From IMG/VR virus record IMGVR_UViG_3300050821_016519: 59,573 bases of DNA; one strand, written 5' to 3'. How positions within the stretch are numbered: position 1 is the stretch's first letter; each line of letters opens with the position of its first letter. Shown here piece after piece: positions 21,419-32,632 of the stretch. Below the pieces are notes generated by a model. The model was given only the letters and a program-made list of their open reading frames with translations, searched no databases and was not told the origin of the DNA. Both the position numbers and the translations under genes were made by a program. The DNA is from an uncultured virus (IMG/VR IMGVR_UViG_3300050821_016519) (taxonomy: Duplodnaviria; Heunggongvirae; Uroviricota; Caudoviricetes).

Positions 21419-21598
21419 TCACCGGGTTTGTGCAGGTTGTGCGGGGGGATTGACGTCGGCGCGATTGACGCGGGGTTTTCTGCCGCCCTTCTTGCCGTTG
21501 GCGCGGGCCGCCGCGGCTTTGGCGTCGGAGGTGACGGAGCCGCCTTTTCTTCCGAGCTTGGCGAGGTAATCACGGACGGCTTCCGATGGCTTCGGCAT
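21419..21598 (-). CDS. small basic KGG-motif protein
   Basis: LGRKGGSVTSDAKAAAARANGKKGGRKPR. Confidence 0.6.
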   Translation of the reverse strand: MPKPSEAVRDYLAKLGRKGGSVTSDAKAAAARANGKKGGRKPRVNRADVNPPAQPAQTR

Positions 21599-22004
21599 CG
21601 TCGCTCCCAAAAGGAGCCGCGCCGCCGGGCCGCTGTACGTGGCGACTCGCGGCGGCGCGGCAGGAGAATCATCAAAATAATTTGGATGGATCAACGTTGG
21701 AATCGTGTCCCGTGATCGTTACGCCCGTCATGGCAAATCGCTGATCCGGGCCTTTGATTTCGATTTGGATTCCGTGCCGGTGCAGCTCCGAAACCGGAAT
21801 CACGCAGAGGCCGAAATCGACGGCTAGTCCGTCCGCCCGGCCCCACCCGAAAAGCTTTGTGAGCCAACCGGACTTGCCGCCAAATCCCGCTTCGTCAAAA
21901 GTTGCCCGACCCAAAGAGCCAGTATCCAGCCTTGTATATCCACGTAACATCTGAATCTCCTGCCCCTTCCGGGGCGTCCTGCCAGCCCTATCGCTGACGT
22001 GCGT

Positions 22005-22033
22005 ATCTTAGGCTAAGCCGCTTGGGTTTGCAA
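22005..22033 (-). promoter_or_regulatory. sigma70-like promoter
   Basis: TTGCAA-17 bp-TAAGAT upstream of an AGGAG RBS and the ATG at 21950. Confidence 0.6.
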
Positions 22034-22193
22034 GTGAAATCCACGGCAAATTTTTATAACGCGCGATCCCCTCGAAAAGCCGCCGTTGTCCGGGGGGATT
22101 GACGCTTTGAAAGTTTCCAGCCGTTTTTTTCAAAGCCTCGGCAGCATTTGAAATTCCTTGCCAAGCCGCGTTAATATTAAGTTAGGTGACGAC

Positions 22194-22652
22194 ATGGCGT
22201 CAGCAGCGACCGTTTCCGAACCCGCGCTCGAGGTTGAGGAAGTCACCATCCGCGACGTGCGGACGGACGATCTGGGCTTCGTCAACGAGCTGTGGACCCA
22301 CTTCGATCAGACGATCAAACCGCTCGTGAAAGGCAACCTCACGCACAAGGGCGCCCGCCGCGGCGCCGGCGAATTCTTCGACTGCATCCTGGCCGGCGGA
22401 GGCGCTCGCGAGGAAGTCGATCCCGCCAAGTTCTTGAAGCTCTACGAAGGCAAGAAGATCAGCCGCGAGGAATTCCTGTCGGCGCTGAAGGTCGCGCTCA
22501 AGCCCTTGGGCAAGTTCCTCTCCCAGAAGCAAATCGACGCCATCAGCCGAAGCGCCGGGATCGTGCAGCCCTCGTTGACGGTCAATCGGATCAAGGGCGT
22601 GGAGTTCACCCTGGTCGATGCGGTCAAAGCGATCGCCCGCGCCGTAGAATAA
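22194..22652 (+). CDS. hypothetical protein, first gene of the long rightward region
   Basis: strong GC3 bias, AGGTG RBS. Confidence 0.6.
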   Translation: MASAATVSEPALEVEEVTIRDVRTDDLGFVNELWTHFDQTIKPLVKGNLTHKGARRGAGEFFDCILAGGGAREEVDPAKFLKLYEGKKISREEFLSALKVALKPLGKFLSQKQIDAISRSAGIVQPSLTVNRIKGVEFTLVDAVKAIARAVE

Positions 22653-23322
22653 TCGATAGTCCGTGCTGCAACTGGCCACACGAACACAAGCTCCCTGCAA
22701 GCCGCGGCCGATCCTGCCGCCAGAGAATCGCATCGTCACCATCCGCGTCGGCAGCCGGCGATTGCCATTGAACGACTGGCTCAACGATCCGGCGACGATC
22801 GGGATTTTTGTCCCGCGTTCAGCTAAGGAATTTCGCCCGCTCCGCTGGCGCCGGCCCCGTTTTCGCTGAGAATGCCGCCACGCCATGAGCAAGTTCGGCA
22901 AGGAAATCATCGCCGGTTTGAAGTGGCTGAATCACGCCATCAAGAACGACCTCCCGGTTAAACAGACGATCATCCGGCGGATGAAGGTCAAGGGGAAGAC
23001 GGTCTACACGGACGAAACCTTTACCGCGCCGGTGCGCCGGATGAAATGAAGCCGATTACGAAAGAGGACGCTGGGCGATTCACCTTCGCCGAATACCGCA
23101 AGCTCGGGACGACGAAACTGTCCAACGAAATTCTCGCCGCCGGCACGAAGGTTCAGACGCTCGAAGGGGAATACATCTGCGCCGAGCCATCGCGGCTTGC
23201 CATCGACGCTTCCGGAAACGTTTACCCGGTCGCGGAGTCGATCCGATTGAAGTCTTACGAGCGAGTTGGTTAGAATCCCGCCCGCGCCCACGGTTGGAAT
23301 GGGGAAGGGAAGATTGGGTGCG

Positions 23323-23364
23323 GGCCTGGCGGTGAGGGGAGTTGTTGCGCCGCCGGGCTTTTTT
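23323..23364 (+). terminator. putative intrinsic terminator
   Basis: GGCCTGGCGG/CCGCCGGGCT stem followed by a T-run. Confidence 0.45.
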
Positions 23365-23843
23365 CCACTTCGTCATTCGTCATTCGTCATTCACGTTTTC
23401 CCACCGCCCTTCCCCGAGCCCGGTAGTTCGCCGGTTCCGCCGCGGCTGCCGGGCCTTTGAAACGCTCTCATGTCCGCCAATTACGCCATCGCCGCCGGTC
23501 ATCTGCGCGAAGCCAAAGCGCGCGTGCATCAAGCTGCCGATGCGATCCGCGACGAGCTATTGGGCGCTGATCTGGTGATGGCCCTGGAAACCGAAGCGCT
23601 TCGGCTGGAGATGATGCGCGGATGGATCGACAACGCCATCGAGCGCGAACCACCGACGCCGCGGCCGAAGATTCCCGTGACGTGAAACAGTGATGCCGTG
23701 AACCTCTGCCCGATCCATGGCCCGATCCCCTTCGTGCGAGCGTGGTTCTGCCCCTTGTGCGGAAGGCCGCTTCGTCGGCCGGACAACCAGGTGGACGCGG
23801 CACTGTCGATTCAACCGACGCACGAGAACCTCCCCGCGCCCCC

Positions 23844-24326
23844 ATGCGTCTCGCCTTCTACAAGATCACCGCGCCCAAAGCCACCGCGCTTGACCGCGCC
23901 GTCAACTTCTTTTCGGGGCGCGGCGGATACGCACACGTTGAGCTTGTTTTCAGCGGCCCGCGAACAGGCGGCGCCGGTGACGCCGGCGGCTTCGAGTCTT
24001 TCAGCAGCTCCGCCCGCGACGGCGGGACGCGCTTCAAAACGATCGACGTCGACGACGCGGCGAGCTGGGGCCTGATCGATATCGGCGGTTCGGTCGCCCA
24101 GGAAATTCTCGTCCGGGATTTCTGCACCGCCCAGCAAGGGAAGCCTTACGATTATTTAGGAATCGTTGGCTTTATCATTCCCGTCCGCGACTTCGATCAT
24201 CCCGGCCGCCGCTGGTTCTGCAGTGAAATCTGCATCGCGGCACTGGAGGCGGGGGGATTGCTGCTGGGGCCTCCGCGTCCGATCCCGGAAAAGGAATCGC
24301 CCAACTCGTTGAAGATGCTGGCGTAA
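23844..24326 (+). CDS. permuted papain-like (NlpC/P60, YiiX/YaeF-like) amidase
   Basis: YAHVELVF ... GKPYDYLG ... WFCSE (His before Cys). Confidence 0.7.
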   Translation: MRLAFYKITAPKATALDRAVNFFSGRGGYAHVELVFSGPRTGGAGDAGGFESFSSSARDGGTRFKTIDVDDAASWGLIDIGGSVAQEILVRDFCTAQQGKPYDYLGIVGFIIPVRDFDHPGRRWFCSEICIAALEAGGLLLGPPRPIPEKESPNSLKMLA

Positions 24327-24886
24327 CAAATCAGCGAACCGATGCCCTTCCAACTCGACCAACTTCCCGATCGCCAGTTCATCGTGCGCTTCACCAGTGC
24401 GGCCGATCCCCGCGACGAGAGCACCTTCTGCGTCACCGGGTTCGGTCAACAGGGGCGCGTCAACGCCGAATTGATCCTGGCGGCGCTGGAGGCGCTGGAG
24501 GAAATCGCCGGCCAGACCAGCGCCTGCCCGCGCTGTGACGGGATGATCGATACCGCGAAGAAAGCGCAGCGCGGCGAGCGGGTCAAGAAGCACGAGTAGT
24601 CGTGGCCACCTTCCCCGAAACCCCCATCGACTCCGCTCAGGGCAGGGCAACCGAAATGACGCCGACTCAGTTCGCCGCCCTGGCGCTTTCCTATGGCTGG
24701 CTCCAGACGACGATCGACTCACTGGTGAGACGCCCCCTGTCCAAACAAGTCATCTTCATCGGCGACGGACACGGGAACTCGAAGCGCGTCAAGTTGATCG
24801 ATGATGCCGTGACGCCGCTGCGATGAACTGAATTTCTCCCCGTCTCCCCCTCGCCCCCTCTCCCCCTCTTTCCTTTGGAGTTAAAC

Positions 24887-25456
24887 ATGATCCGCCGTCT
24901 CCCCCTCCTCCTCATCCCCCTGTTCGCCCTCGCCTTCTCCGGTTGCGCATTGCCGCCGCCGACGGTGGTCAGTCCGACGACGCTGCCCGCGACGACGCAA
25001 GGCTCGGGGACGGTTGCCCCGGTTGTCGTCGTAGCGCCTACGCCAAGTCAGCAGGTCGTGGCGAGCGGCGTGGGAACGTGGTTCAGTCAGAATCTCTCCT
25101 GGCTCATCCCTCTGATTCTCGTCATCGTCGGCGGCAACAGCGCATCGGCCCTCCATGCCCTCTCCGCGATTCCGGCGATCAGCAAATTCTTTAGCGGGCC
25201 GGTGACACCTCAATCCACCGCGCAGGCGGCGACGGCGATTCTTCCCGTCCTGGCTCAGATGGACCCGAAAGACGCGGCGTTGTTCACCAAACTCCAGAAT
25301 GCAGCGCAGGTGATTCAAGCGGGAACGGCGTCTCCAGCGGCGGCAGTGGCGGCAGTCGTGGCGTCAACTCCGGCGGTGGCTCCGGTGGGATCGACGGTTA
25401 CGGTCACTCCCGCGGCGGTGACGACGGCGGGTCCGGTGGTTCCTCCGGCGGCGTGA
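24887..25456 (+). CDS. lipoprotein with internal TM segment
   Basis: MIRRLPLLLIPLFALAFSG-C lipobox; Pro/Thr/Ala-rich. Confidence 0.65.
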   Translation: MIRRLPLLLIPLFALAFSGCALPPPTVVSPTTLPATTQGSGTVAPVVVVAPTPSQQVVASGVGTWFSQNLSWLIPLILVIVGGNSASALHALSAIPAISKFFSGPVTPQSTAQAATAILPVLAQMDPKDAALFTKLQNAAQVIQAGTASPAAAVAAVVASTPAVAPVGSTVTVTPAAVTTAGPVVPPAA

Positions 25457-25668
25457 TAATTCAGACGGGCAAAACCACCGCCGTCTTTCCCGTCTTCTCC
25501 GCAATCTTTTCGATGCACTCGCGGCTACATGCCGTCTGAGTCCCATCTTCGTCGGTGCGCTCGTACCACGATCGGGGCTTGTGCCAGCGGCCGTCGCGCC
25601 CGGCGATCATCGGAGCGCGTTTTCCGCAACCGTCGCAAATGCTTTCAGCGGCCATCGAAAAGCCTCCG

Positions 25669-26103
25669 TTGAAAACCCCGCTCCTCATCGTATTCGCCGT
25701 CATCCTCCCCGGCTGCGCCATCGCGCCCTACGACCTCCCCACCGACACAGCATTATCCTCCATCCAAAGCCGCGTCGATCAGCGCCTCACGTCCCTGCAA
25801 AATCCACCTGCGGTGAGTCCATCGAATCCGCCGACGACACAGCCGGCCACCGACTTCTATCCATCGGTACAGAATGACCTTCATTCCCTCTCGATCCGAT
25901 TAGGGGCAAGACAGCAGGGCGATCCCTCGATCGAGAGCGAACAAGAGGCCCTGGCCCAAGTCACCGGGATCGTGCAGGACATCCAACGTCAGGAAACGCG
26001 ATCGACGACGCGGGCGACCATTGATCGCGTGTGGGAGGATTTGCAGAGTCAGTTCGATACGGCGATCGGGAGCGTGTTGGGGTTGGAACTCAAGAGGAAG
26101 TAG
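25669..26103 (+). CDS. lipoprotein
   Basis: MKTPLLIVFAVILPG-C lipobox (TTG start). Confidence 0.55.
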   Translation: MKTPLLIVFAVILPGCAIAPYDLPTDTALSSIQSRVDQRLTSLQNPPAVSPSNPPTTQPATDFYPSVQNDLHSLSIRLGARQQGDPSIESEQEALAQVTGIVQDIQRQETRSTTRATIDRVWEDLQSQFDTAIGSVLGLELKRK

Positions 26104-26309
26104 AATCAGCGACCCATGCAATTCGACTTTCACATTTCCAGCGACGACGACAGCGTTCGCATCTGGGGCGAGTTTGAAGCGCAGGCGGGCGCGGCCAAGT
26201 TCGACTTCAAGGTTCCCATGGACGCCGAAGCGCTGGGGGAAGTGCTCGGGAGACTACCGGAATTCATGGAGGCGGTGAAGAAGAAAATCACTGAGGACAA
26301 ACCGGGCGC

Positions 26310-26852
26310 ATGAACGAGATTCGTCACGTCCGCCAGAAGCACGCGCGCGGCTGCGTCGTCGCCTGCCTGTCGATGATAACCGGCATCCCTTACGACGAGG
26401 TTGACGCGGGATTTCACGGCGACCGAGAAAAGGACGGCCTTGGTTATCACCAATACGATGCGTGGCTTAACCAACTCGGTTACGCCGTCATCCGGCGATT
26501 CTGGCATTACTGCCCGCTGCAAGCCGATCGCGCCGACTGGCCTTGTCAACCGTTTGCCGACGTTCATCTGGTCTGCCTGCCCTCGCCAATGGGCGAGCAC
26601 GCCGTCGTCATGCTGAAAGACGGCAGCGTTCTCGATCCCAACGAATCCAGCCCCAAGCGACTGAGCGACTATCCGAAGATCAACAGCATCGCCGGAATTT
26701 ATCGCGTGTCTGGAACCTTTCCACCCGAACGACTCATCGGACTTCATTGGACGCACAACTCGGGCAAATGCAGTTGGTGCGGCGCGGATGGTCAGAGTTA
26801 CGCATACCACGATCCCTGTCCGGCGCGACAGGACTTGAGGACGCCCGCTTGA
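26310..26852 (+). CDS. peptidase C39-like protein
   Basis: VRQKHARGCVVACLSMI ... HAVVM ... VLDP. Confidence 0.7.
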   Translation: MNEIRHVRQKHARGCVVACLSMITGIPYDEVDAGFHGDREKDGLGYHQYDAWLNQLGYAVIRRFWHYCPLQADRADWPCQPFADVHLVCLPSPMGEHAVVMLKDGSVLDPNESSPKRLSDYPKINSIAGIYRVSGTFPPERLIGLHWTHNSGKCSWCGADGQSYAYHDPCPARQDLRTPA

Positions 26853-27344
26853 GCTAATCCTCCCACGGCGTTTCGTAATCGCACCAGCAGCTTTCGTCCG
26901 TCACCTTCCCGCACTGACGACAAATCCCTTTGAAGGCTTCGATGCGCTGATCGTCGGTGGGGAGCGCTTTGAGCAGCTCGTTGATCTCCTCCGGCGTCGG
27001 CGGATTTGTTCGCACTTCTTCGCTCACGGTCGAGTTATCCCCAGAACATTCCTTTGAAAACGTGCTTTTCGCAATGGCGACCGATGTGACCGATGTCATC
27101 GCGGCTGATCGAATTTGCCTCAGCCCGGCTAAGATCGCGCATTGTTCCGGACCTGCCGTCCCAAATGCGCACGTGACCGCAATTTGGACAGCATGAGAAT
27201 TCGAGAGGATCGGGCAGATACTTCTTCGACAGATTGGTCCTCGGTTCGCGCGGGAAAACAGTCCTGGATTCGCGGCAACAGGCGCTGCAAATCACAACAA
27301 CGTCCTTCGCGATGATTACTCCGTTCATGGCGAAATTCTAACCG

Positions 27345-27674
27345 ATGTCCCTCAACGCCTCCCAACTCGCCTCTGACGCCCTGGCCGCGATGCAGAAGGT
27401 CCTCGCCGCGCAATGGCCTTCGATCCTCGCCCTGGCGACGTCACAGGCGCAGAAGCTGGCCCTGACGCTGGTGGATATCGAGCAGATGGTCCAGGCCAAA
27501 CAGATCGATTCCGACACCGCAGCGGACTTGCTCGATTCCCAGCGCCGGGCGACGACGGCGGTGCTGCTGTGCATTCGGGGGATGGACCAGATCGTGGTGG
27601 AACAGGCGATCAACGCGGCGCTGGCGGTGGTGGCGAGCGCGGTCAATACTGCGATCGGGTTTCCGCTGCTGTAA
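27345..27674 (+). CDS. helical hypothetical protein
   Basis: Ala/Leu/Gln-rich ORF with good codon bias in the membrane/lysis-like region. Confidence 0.55.
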   Translation: MSLNASQLASDALAAMQKVLAAQWPSILALATSQAQKLALTLVDIEQMVQAKQIDSDTAADLLDSQRRATTAVLLCIRGMDQIVVEQAINAALAVVASAVNTAIGFPLL

Positions 27675-27695
27675 GGTTTTCCCATCCACAAAAGT

Positions 27696-28217
27696 ATGTT
27701 GCGACGAAGCGCATTTTTGCTGCTGGCGCTCTGCCTCTGCGCCGCCGCCTCCGAGCACGTCACGGAAGTCTTTGACGAGCCGACCGACCGGCCTGCGGCG
27801 CTGGTCAAGGCGGGAATCCTGCCCGATCCGGTCCTCAGTCCCGGCGCGATTTTCAGCGACATCACCCTCGAACAAATCCGCCAGCCGAATTTCGACGCCA
27901 CCATCCGCAACGTCCCCGAGAGCCTCAAGAAAAAAGTCTTCCGCAGCTACGGGCTCGATCCCGACAAAATCCGCACCGGCGACTACGAGATCGACCACAT
28001 CTGCGAATGCGCCCTGGGCGGCGCTCAGGACGCGGCGAACCTCTGGCCGGAAAAATACGCCGGGCCGCTCGGGGCTCACACCAAAGATCACCTGGAGCGC
28101 GTACTGCTGAAACTCGTGCGCGACGGCAAAGTTCCCTTGCGGCAAGCGCAGCACGAAATTTCCGGAGACTGGACCCAAGCCTACATCAAATACGTCGGCC
28201 CGCTCCCGACCGAATGA
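27696..28217 (+). CDS. exported HNH-like nuclease-fold protein
   Basis: signal peptide; LPDPVLSPGA; YEIDHICECALGG...NLWPE...HTKDHLE. Confidence 0.7.
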   Translation: MLRRSAFLLLALCLCAAASEHVTEVFDEPTDRPAALVKAGILPDPVLSPGAIFSDITLEQIRQPNFDATIRNVPESLKKKVFRSYGLDPDKIRTGDYEIDHICECALGGAQDAANLWPEKYAGPLGAHTKDHLERVLLKLVRDGKVPLRQAQHEISGDWTQAYIKYVGPLPTE

Positions 28218-28444
28218 AGCAATGTCCACCGCCTCCAACCTTTCCAATCTGGCCCACCTGGTCCAAGCGTGCCGCACGGTGGACGAAAAGCTCCAGGCGT
28301 TCGACGAATCGGTAGGACCGAAGCTGTCTTATGAGGACCGGGGCGATCTGGAAGAACTGCGCAAGGCGTCGGCGTCGATGATGGCGCTGATCGAATCGCA
28401 CAGCACGCCGTCGGGGCACCCGCATTAAAAAAGAGAGCACTCCG

Positions 28445-29107
28445 TTGCCCGAACCCCGTCAACGAATTCCGGATCGCGATGATGATGCGCCCCCGACGCG
28501 CTGGGACACGCGCCCCATCCCCGATCCCACCCTTCTGACCACACAGCAGTTGCGGCGGGAATTATTGTCGCTCCGGGAAATCATCGAAGCCCGAATCGAG
28601 GGGATGAATCGGGCCATCGAACTTGCCGGCCAGCGCACCGAACGGATGCCGGGCGAACTGCTCGTGTACGTCGATCGGCTCAAAGATCTGCACGAGGAAA
28701 AGTTCCGCTCCGTACAGCTCCAATTCTCCGAGCGCGACATCCGCACCGAGCAGACTTCACGGGACAGCAAGGTCGCCGTCGATGCCGCATTGCAGGCAGC
28801 GAAAGAAGCGGTGAGCGAGCAGAATAAATCCAGCGCCCTGGCGATCGGCAAAAGCGAAGCCTCCACGACGAAACAGATCGATCAACAATCGACGCTCATT
28901 CAGACGACGACCCAGGGGCTCAACGACAAGATCGGCGACTTGAAAGACCGGCTTACGCTCTTGGAAGGCAAAGCCGTGGGCGTGACGGCGCAAGTGACGA
29001 CGCAGAACACCTCCAACAGCTATCTGGTGACGGCGATTGGCGTGGGCGCGGCGATCGTGTTCGGGCTGGCCGGGCTGGCAGTGGCGCTATTCAATCACAT
29101 TCATTGA
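28445..29107 (+). CDS. coiled-coil protein with C-terminal TM anchor
   Basis: long heptad region then YLVTAIGVGAAIVFGLAGLAVALF. Confidence 0.65.
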   Translation: MPEPRQRIPDRDDDAPPTRWDTRPIPDPTLLTTQQLRRELLSLREIIEARIEGMNRAIELAGQRTERMPGELLVYVDRLKDLHEEKFRSVQLQFSERDIRTEQTSRDSKVAVDAALQAAKEAVSEQNKSSALAIGKSEASTTKQIDQQSTLIQTTTQGLNDKIGDLKDRLTLLEGKAVGVTAQVTTQNTSNSYLVTAIGVGAAIVFGLAGLAVALFNHIH

Positions 29108-29125
29108 TGAACATGACCACTTCCC

Positions 29126-29166
29126 GCGTCCCGGTCGTATCCAGTTAGCGCGGCCGGGGCGTTTTT
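29126..29166 (+). terminator. putative intrinsic terminator
   Basis: GCGTCCCGGTCG/CGGCCGGGGCGT stem followed by a T-run. Confidence 0.45.
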
Positions 29167-29481
29167 GAAATTCGCGGTATGATGGAACGGTCCGAATCCG
29201 TTTGAAGGGCTGTTCCAACATGGTCGGCAAATCGCATGCGCTCCAGTCCGCCGATCCTGCGCCTGCGGTGAGGCTGTCGAACCCGCCAAGTCCGAATGAG
29301 CGGATCGCCGAATTGACCAAAGAGCGTGACCAGGCCCTGTCGCAGGTGGAGTTTCTGACCCAGCAAATCGTCGCCATGGGCAAGCAACTGGAGGGGCTGA
29401 AACAGCGGCTCACCCGCTCGCCCTTGACCAATCTGACGCGCTCGCGGCTGTGACACTCTCTCCCCACTGAGGACAATCCCC

Positions 29482-29652
29482 ATGAACTTCCGACTCTTAT
29501 TCTGGGTCTTGATGCTCCTCTGGCTTGTATTAGGCATCTGGGGCTGGGGCATCGACCGGGCGCGATGGCAAGCCTGGGGCGGCAGCTTCCTCTTGTGGAT
29601 TCTCCTCCTCATGCTGGGCTGGCACGTCTTTGGACAACCGATCACGCCTTAA
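29482..29652 (+). CDS. small two-TM membrane protein (holin-like candidate), not in the ORF track
   Basis: MNFRLLFWVLMLLWLVLGIWG...FLLWILLLMLGWHVFG. Confidence 0.6.
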   Translation: MNFRLLFWVLMLLWLVLGIWGWGIDRARWQAWGGSFLLWILLLMLGWHVFGQPITP

Positions 29653-29676
29653 AACCCCCTTCACCGGAGCTTTCCT

Positions 29677-29850
29677 ATGGGACTTATTGTTTTGATCGTC
29701 ATCCTGCTCGTCCTTTTCGGAGGCGGCGGTGTCTACTGGCACAACAACGGGATCGGCAATCCGATCGGGCTTTTGCTGCTGGTGCTGGTGCTGCTGATCC
29801 TGTTCGGCGGCGGCGGGTTTTATTACTGGCACGGGCATGGGGGATGGTAA
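29677..29850 (+). CDS. small membrane protein, DUF3309-like, not in the ORF track
   Basis: twice-repeated (IL)n-LFGGGG-x-Y unit; GGAG RBS. Confidence 0.6.
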   Translation: MGLIVLIVILLVLFGGGGVYWHNNGIGNPIGLLLLVLVLLILFGGGGFYYWHGHGGW

Positions 29851-30724
29851 GCTGAGCGGCGATGAATCCGCAGCTCGTTCCAATCTCGCAGCCGCAGATG
29901 ACGACGGGCGGCGATGCCGCGCTCGCGCCAACCCAACGTGATTTTGTTCAAGCGGCGACGGCAAATCCCTACCGCCAGCCGCCGTGCGATCGCGAGCTTC
30001 CAGCCCTCAAGTCCTCTTACACCCTTCACCCCAAGCCCCGACTCTGGCCGTGGGTGACGCTCTATGTTTTGCAGGTCGCGGCCGTCGCTTACTTCCATGT
30101 GAAATTCTGGCCGCAGGGTTTGATTTCCGGGCTCATCGTCGGTGCGCTGTGGGGGATCGCATTGAGCCGCCGCAGCGACTGGCGTAAGGAAATGCGCTCG
30201 CATGCCCACTGAGCAGGAAAGCCCGCTCGAATTCATCGCCACCGACGACCTGATCGCGGAGATCAAGCGCCGTCACAAGGCATTCTTCCTCGTCGCCCGG
30301 CCGAACGGAGAGAACAGCTACGACTGGCGCTCCCATCAAAGCGGCGACATCATCGACTGCCTGGGGATGATCGATATCGTGAAGTCGGACATGATCGAAT
30401 TGCACAAGCGGAACGACCCGCTGCGAAAACGTCCGGATGGTGAAGACGAGATTCTTTAGCTTCCCCGCTCCCTGAGCAGCATCGTCAACAGCCCCAGCGC
30501 CAAACAGAAGATGATGCCCAACACGGTTCGACTAACTCACCGCAGGCCGGATCATCGAAGGCCATAATGTTCCGACCATCCTACCACGCGCTGCTGCGCT
30601 CTTCTCTGGACACCGTCCTCTGGCTGGGCGTCTGGGCGGTCATCATCCTCACCTATCTGAGCGTCTTTGCCTGGTTCGGTCGGGCGATGGTGAACGCGAG
30701 TCCGGCAACGAAGGAATTGCTCCC

Positions 30725-32305
30725 ATGAAAATCGGCATCGACCTGGACATCAATCAGAACGGCACCATTGCCGCCACGTTCAACGACGTGACGCGCAACT
30801 TCACCGGCTGGTACACCGGCAGCGGCTACGATGCCAACGGCTATCCCACACAGAACGGGATGCAGTGCCAGTGCCTCATGATCGGCTGCCCCGCCGGCAC
30901 CTATACCGTCCAGTTCGACGGCACGGCCATGCTCACCAATTGGGGCAGGCCGCTGGCGGACATCGTGAAAAACGGCGCGACCACGACGGCGCAGCTCGTG
31001 CTCACTGCCAGTCAGCAGGTCAACCTCACGGTGTCCGGGCTTAACCCCGCCGACCCCTTCCGCAACTTCCACATTTACCAGCCCGGCATGTCGGGCACCT
31101 CCCCGGTTTTCTCCAGCGCCTTTGTTCAGTGGCTCAAGCCCTTCGGCGTCTACCGCTCGATCGACTGGGCTGGCGTGAACATCGCCAAGGGCTCACTGTC
31201 CGACCCGACGCAAACGCCGCCCGCGAACGTGATGGCGCCGCTCCTGTGGGCCAATCGCCGGCAGTTGTCGGCCTGGGACCAGACGACGCAGCCGAAGGAT
31301 CAAAGCCAGGCCCGCGGCATCGCCTGGGAGCTGTTCCTCGCGCTCTCGGCGCAGACCGGGGTGGCACCCTGGATCACCGTCCCCTACATGGCGGATGACA
31401 ACTATGTCTGTCAGCTCGCGGCGATGGTGAAGGCGACGTTGCCGGCGTCGATCGTCCCGATTATCGAGTTGTCCAACGAGGTGTGGAATAACAGTTTTGG
31501 GCAGTGGCAGCAGAACTACAACGCCGCCAATTCTCCGCCGAACATGAGCGTTGACGGCGACATTTCCTCGGGCGCGGTGGTTCCCTATCCCGGCGGCCAG
31601 CCCGGCACCAACTCCAACACCCGCGCCAATCGACTCTACGCGGAGAAGGCCCGACATCTGGGCAACCTCTTTCGCGGCATTCTCGGCGCCCACAACGTCA
31701 AGGTGGTTCTTGCCGGCCAGCACATGAACCCGCAGGTGGCCTTGGATGGGCTCCAGTGGATCGCGGCCAAGTTCGGCGACGTGAGCAGCAGCTTCGATTA
31801 TTTGGCCGTCGCCCCCTATTTCCCCTTGAATCAACCGCAGCAGAATCCCGCCCCGCCCGCGCCGCCGCCGACCCTCCAGTCCATCTATCAGGCGGCGCTG
31901 ACAGACCTGGCGACGAATTGCGGCCCGTTCATTGCCGCGCACAAGTCGCTGGCCAATCAATACAACCTCGCGCTTGTCGGCTATGAAGGCGGACAGTCCT
32001 ACAACACCTGGAGCAATCCGCCGGGCGGCGCTGGCGATCTGCCGACACAGCTCCAGACCGATCCGCTCATGGGGCAACTCTATACGGCTTGGCTCAAGAC
32101 CTGCGAAACCAACGGCATGGCGTTACAGATGCACTGCTCGTTCATGCGGCCCTGGATCGCCAACGGGCTCTTTGCCCTCCAGCAGTTGCCCACCGATCCG
32201 CCGGGCCAGAAATGGTCGGCGCTGAACAGCTATCCGCAGAGCGCCGTCGCCGCGCCGGGAACGCCGACCGTCCTCACGCCAGGAATGTATCAGGTCAACA
32301 AGTGA
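30725..32305 (+). CDS. glycoside hydrolase-like (clan GH-A TIM barrel) protein
   Basis: PWITVP, IELSNEVWN (acid/base), AVAPYF, LVGYEGGQ (nucleophile). Confidence 0.7.
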   Translation: MKIGIDLDINQNGTIAATFNDVTRNFTGWYTGSGYDANGYPTQNGMQCQCLMIGCPAGTYTVQFDGTAMLTNWGRPLADIVKNGATTTAQLVLTASQQVNLTVSGLNPADPFRNFHIYQPGMSGTSPVFSSAFVQWLKPFGVYRSIDWAGVNIAKGSLSDPTQTPPANVMAPLLWANRRQLSAWDQTTQPKDQSQARGIAWELFLALSAQTGVAPWITVPYMADDNYVCQLAAMVKATLPASIVPIIELSNEVWNNSFGQWQQNYNAANSPPNMSVDGDISSGAVVPYPGGQPGTNSNTRANRLYAEKARHLGNLFRGILGAHNVKVVLAGQHMNPQVALDGLQWIAAKFGDVSSSFDYLAVAPYFPLNQPQQNPAPPAPPPTLQSIYQAALTDLATNCGPFIAAHKSLANQYNLALVGYEGGQSYNTWSNPPGGAGDLPTQLQTDPLMGQLYTAWLKTCETNGMALQMHCSFMRPWIANGLFALQQLPTDPPGQKWSALNSYPQSAVAAPGTPTVLTPGMYQVNK

Positions 32306-32632
32306 CCCGCGTATTCGCCCTGGAGATCGCGATCGTGCTCCTGTCCAGCGGTGCCATTTTCGCCGCGGCGATGTACGTCTGGCGGTATGGGTGGTGAAAT
32401 GAGTTCCGATGACTCTTGCCGTTGAGATTTTCGCCGGAGTGTTATTCGCATTCATCATATTGTGCGTTTTGGTCATCGAGCCGCTTCTGGATTTGTTCTG
32501 GACGCCTGGCCGGCGGTACGCGAATGACGAAGCTCCGCGACTGCAATCCGACATGGCTGATGTTCGGCCCGAACAGTGATGGGTAATAATATACTTGCCA
32601 AATCAACCCAGCCGACCTACCGTGTCGGTCCC

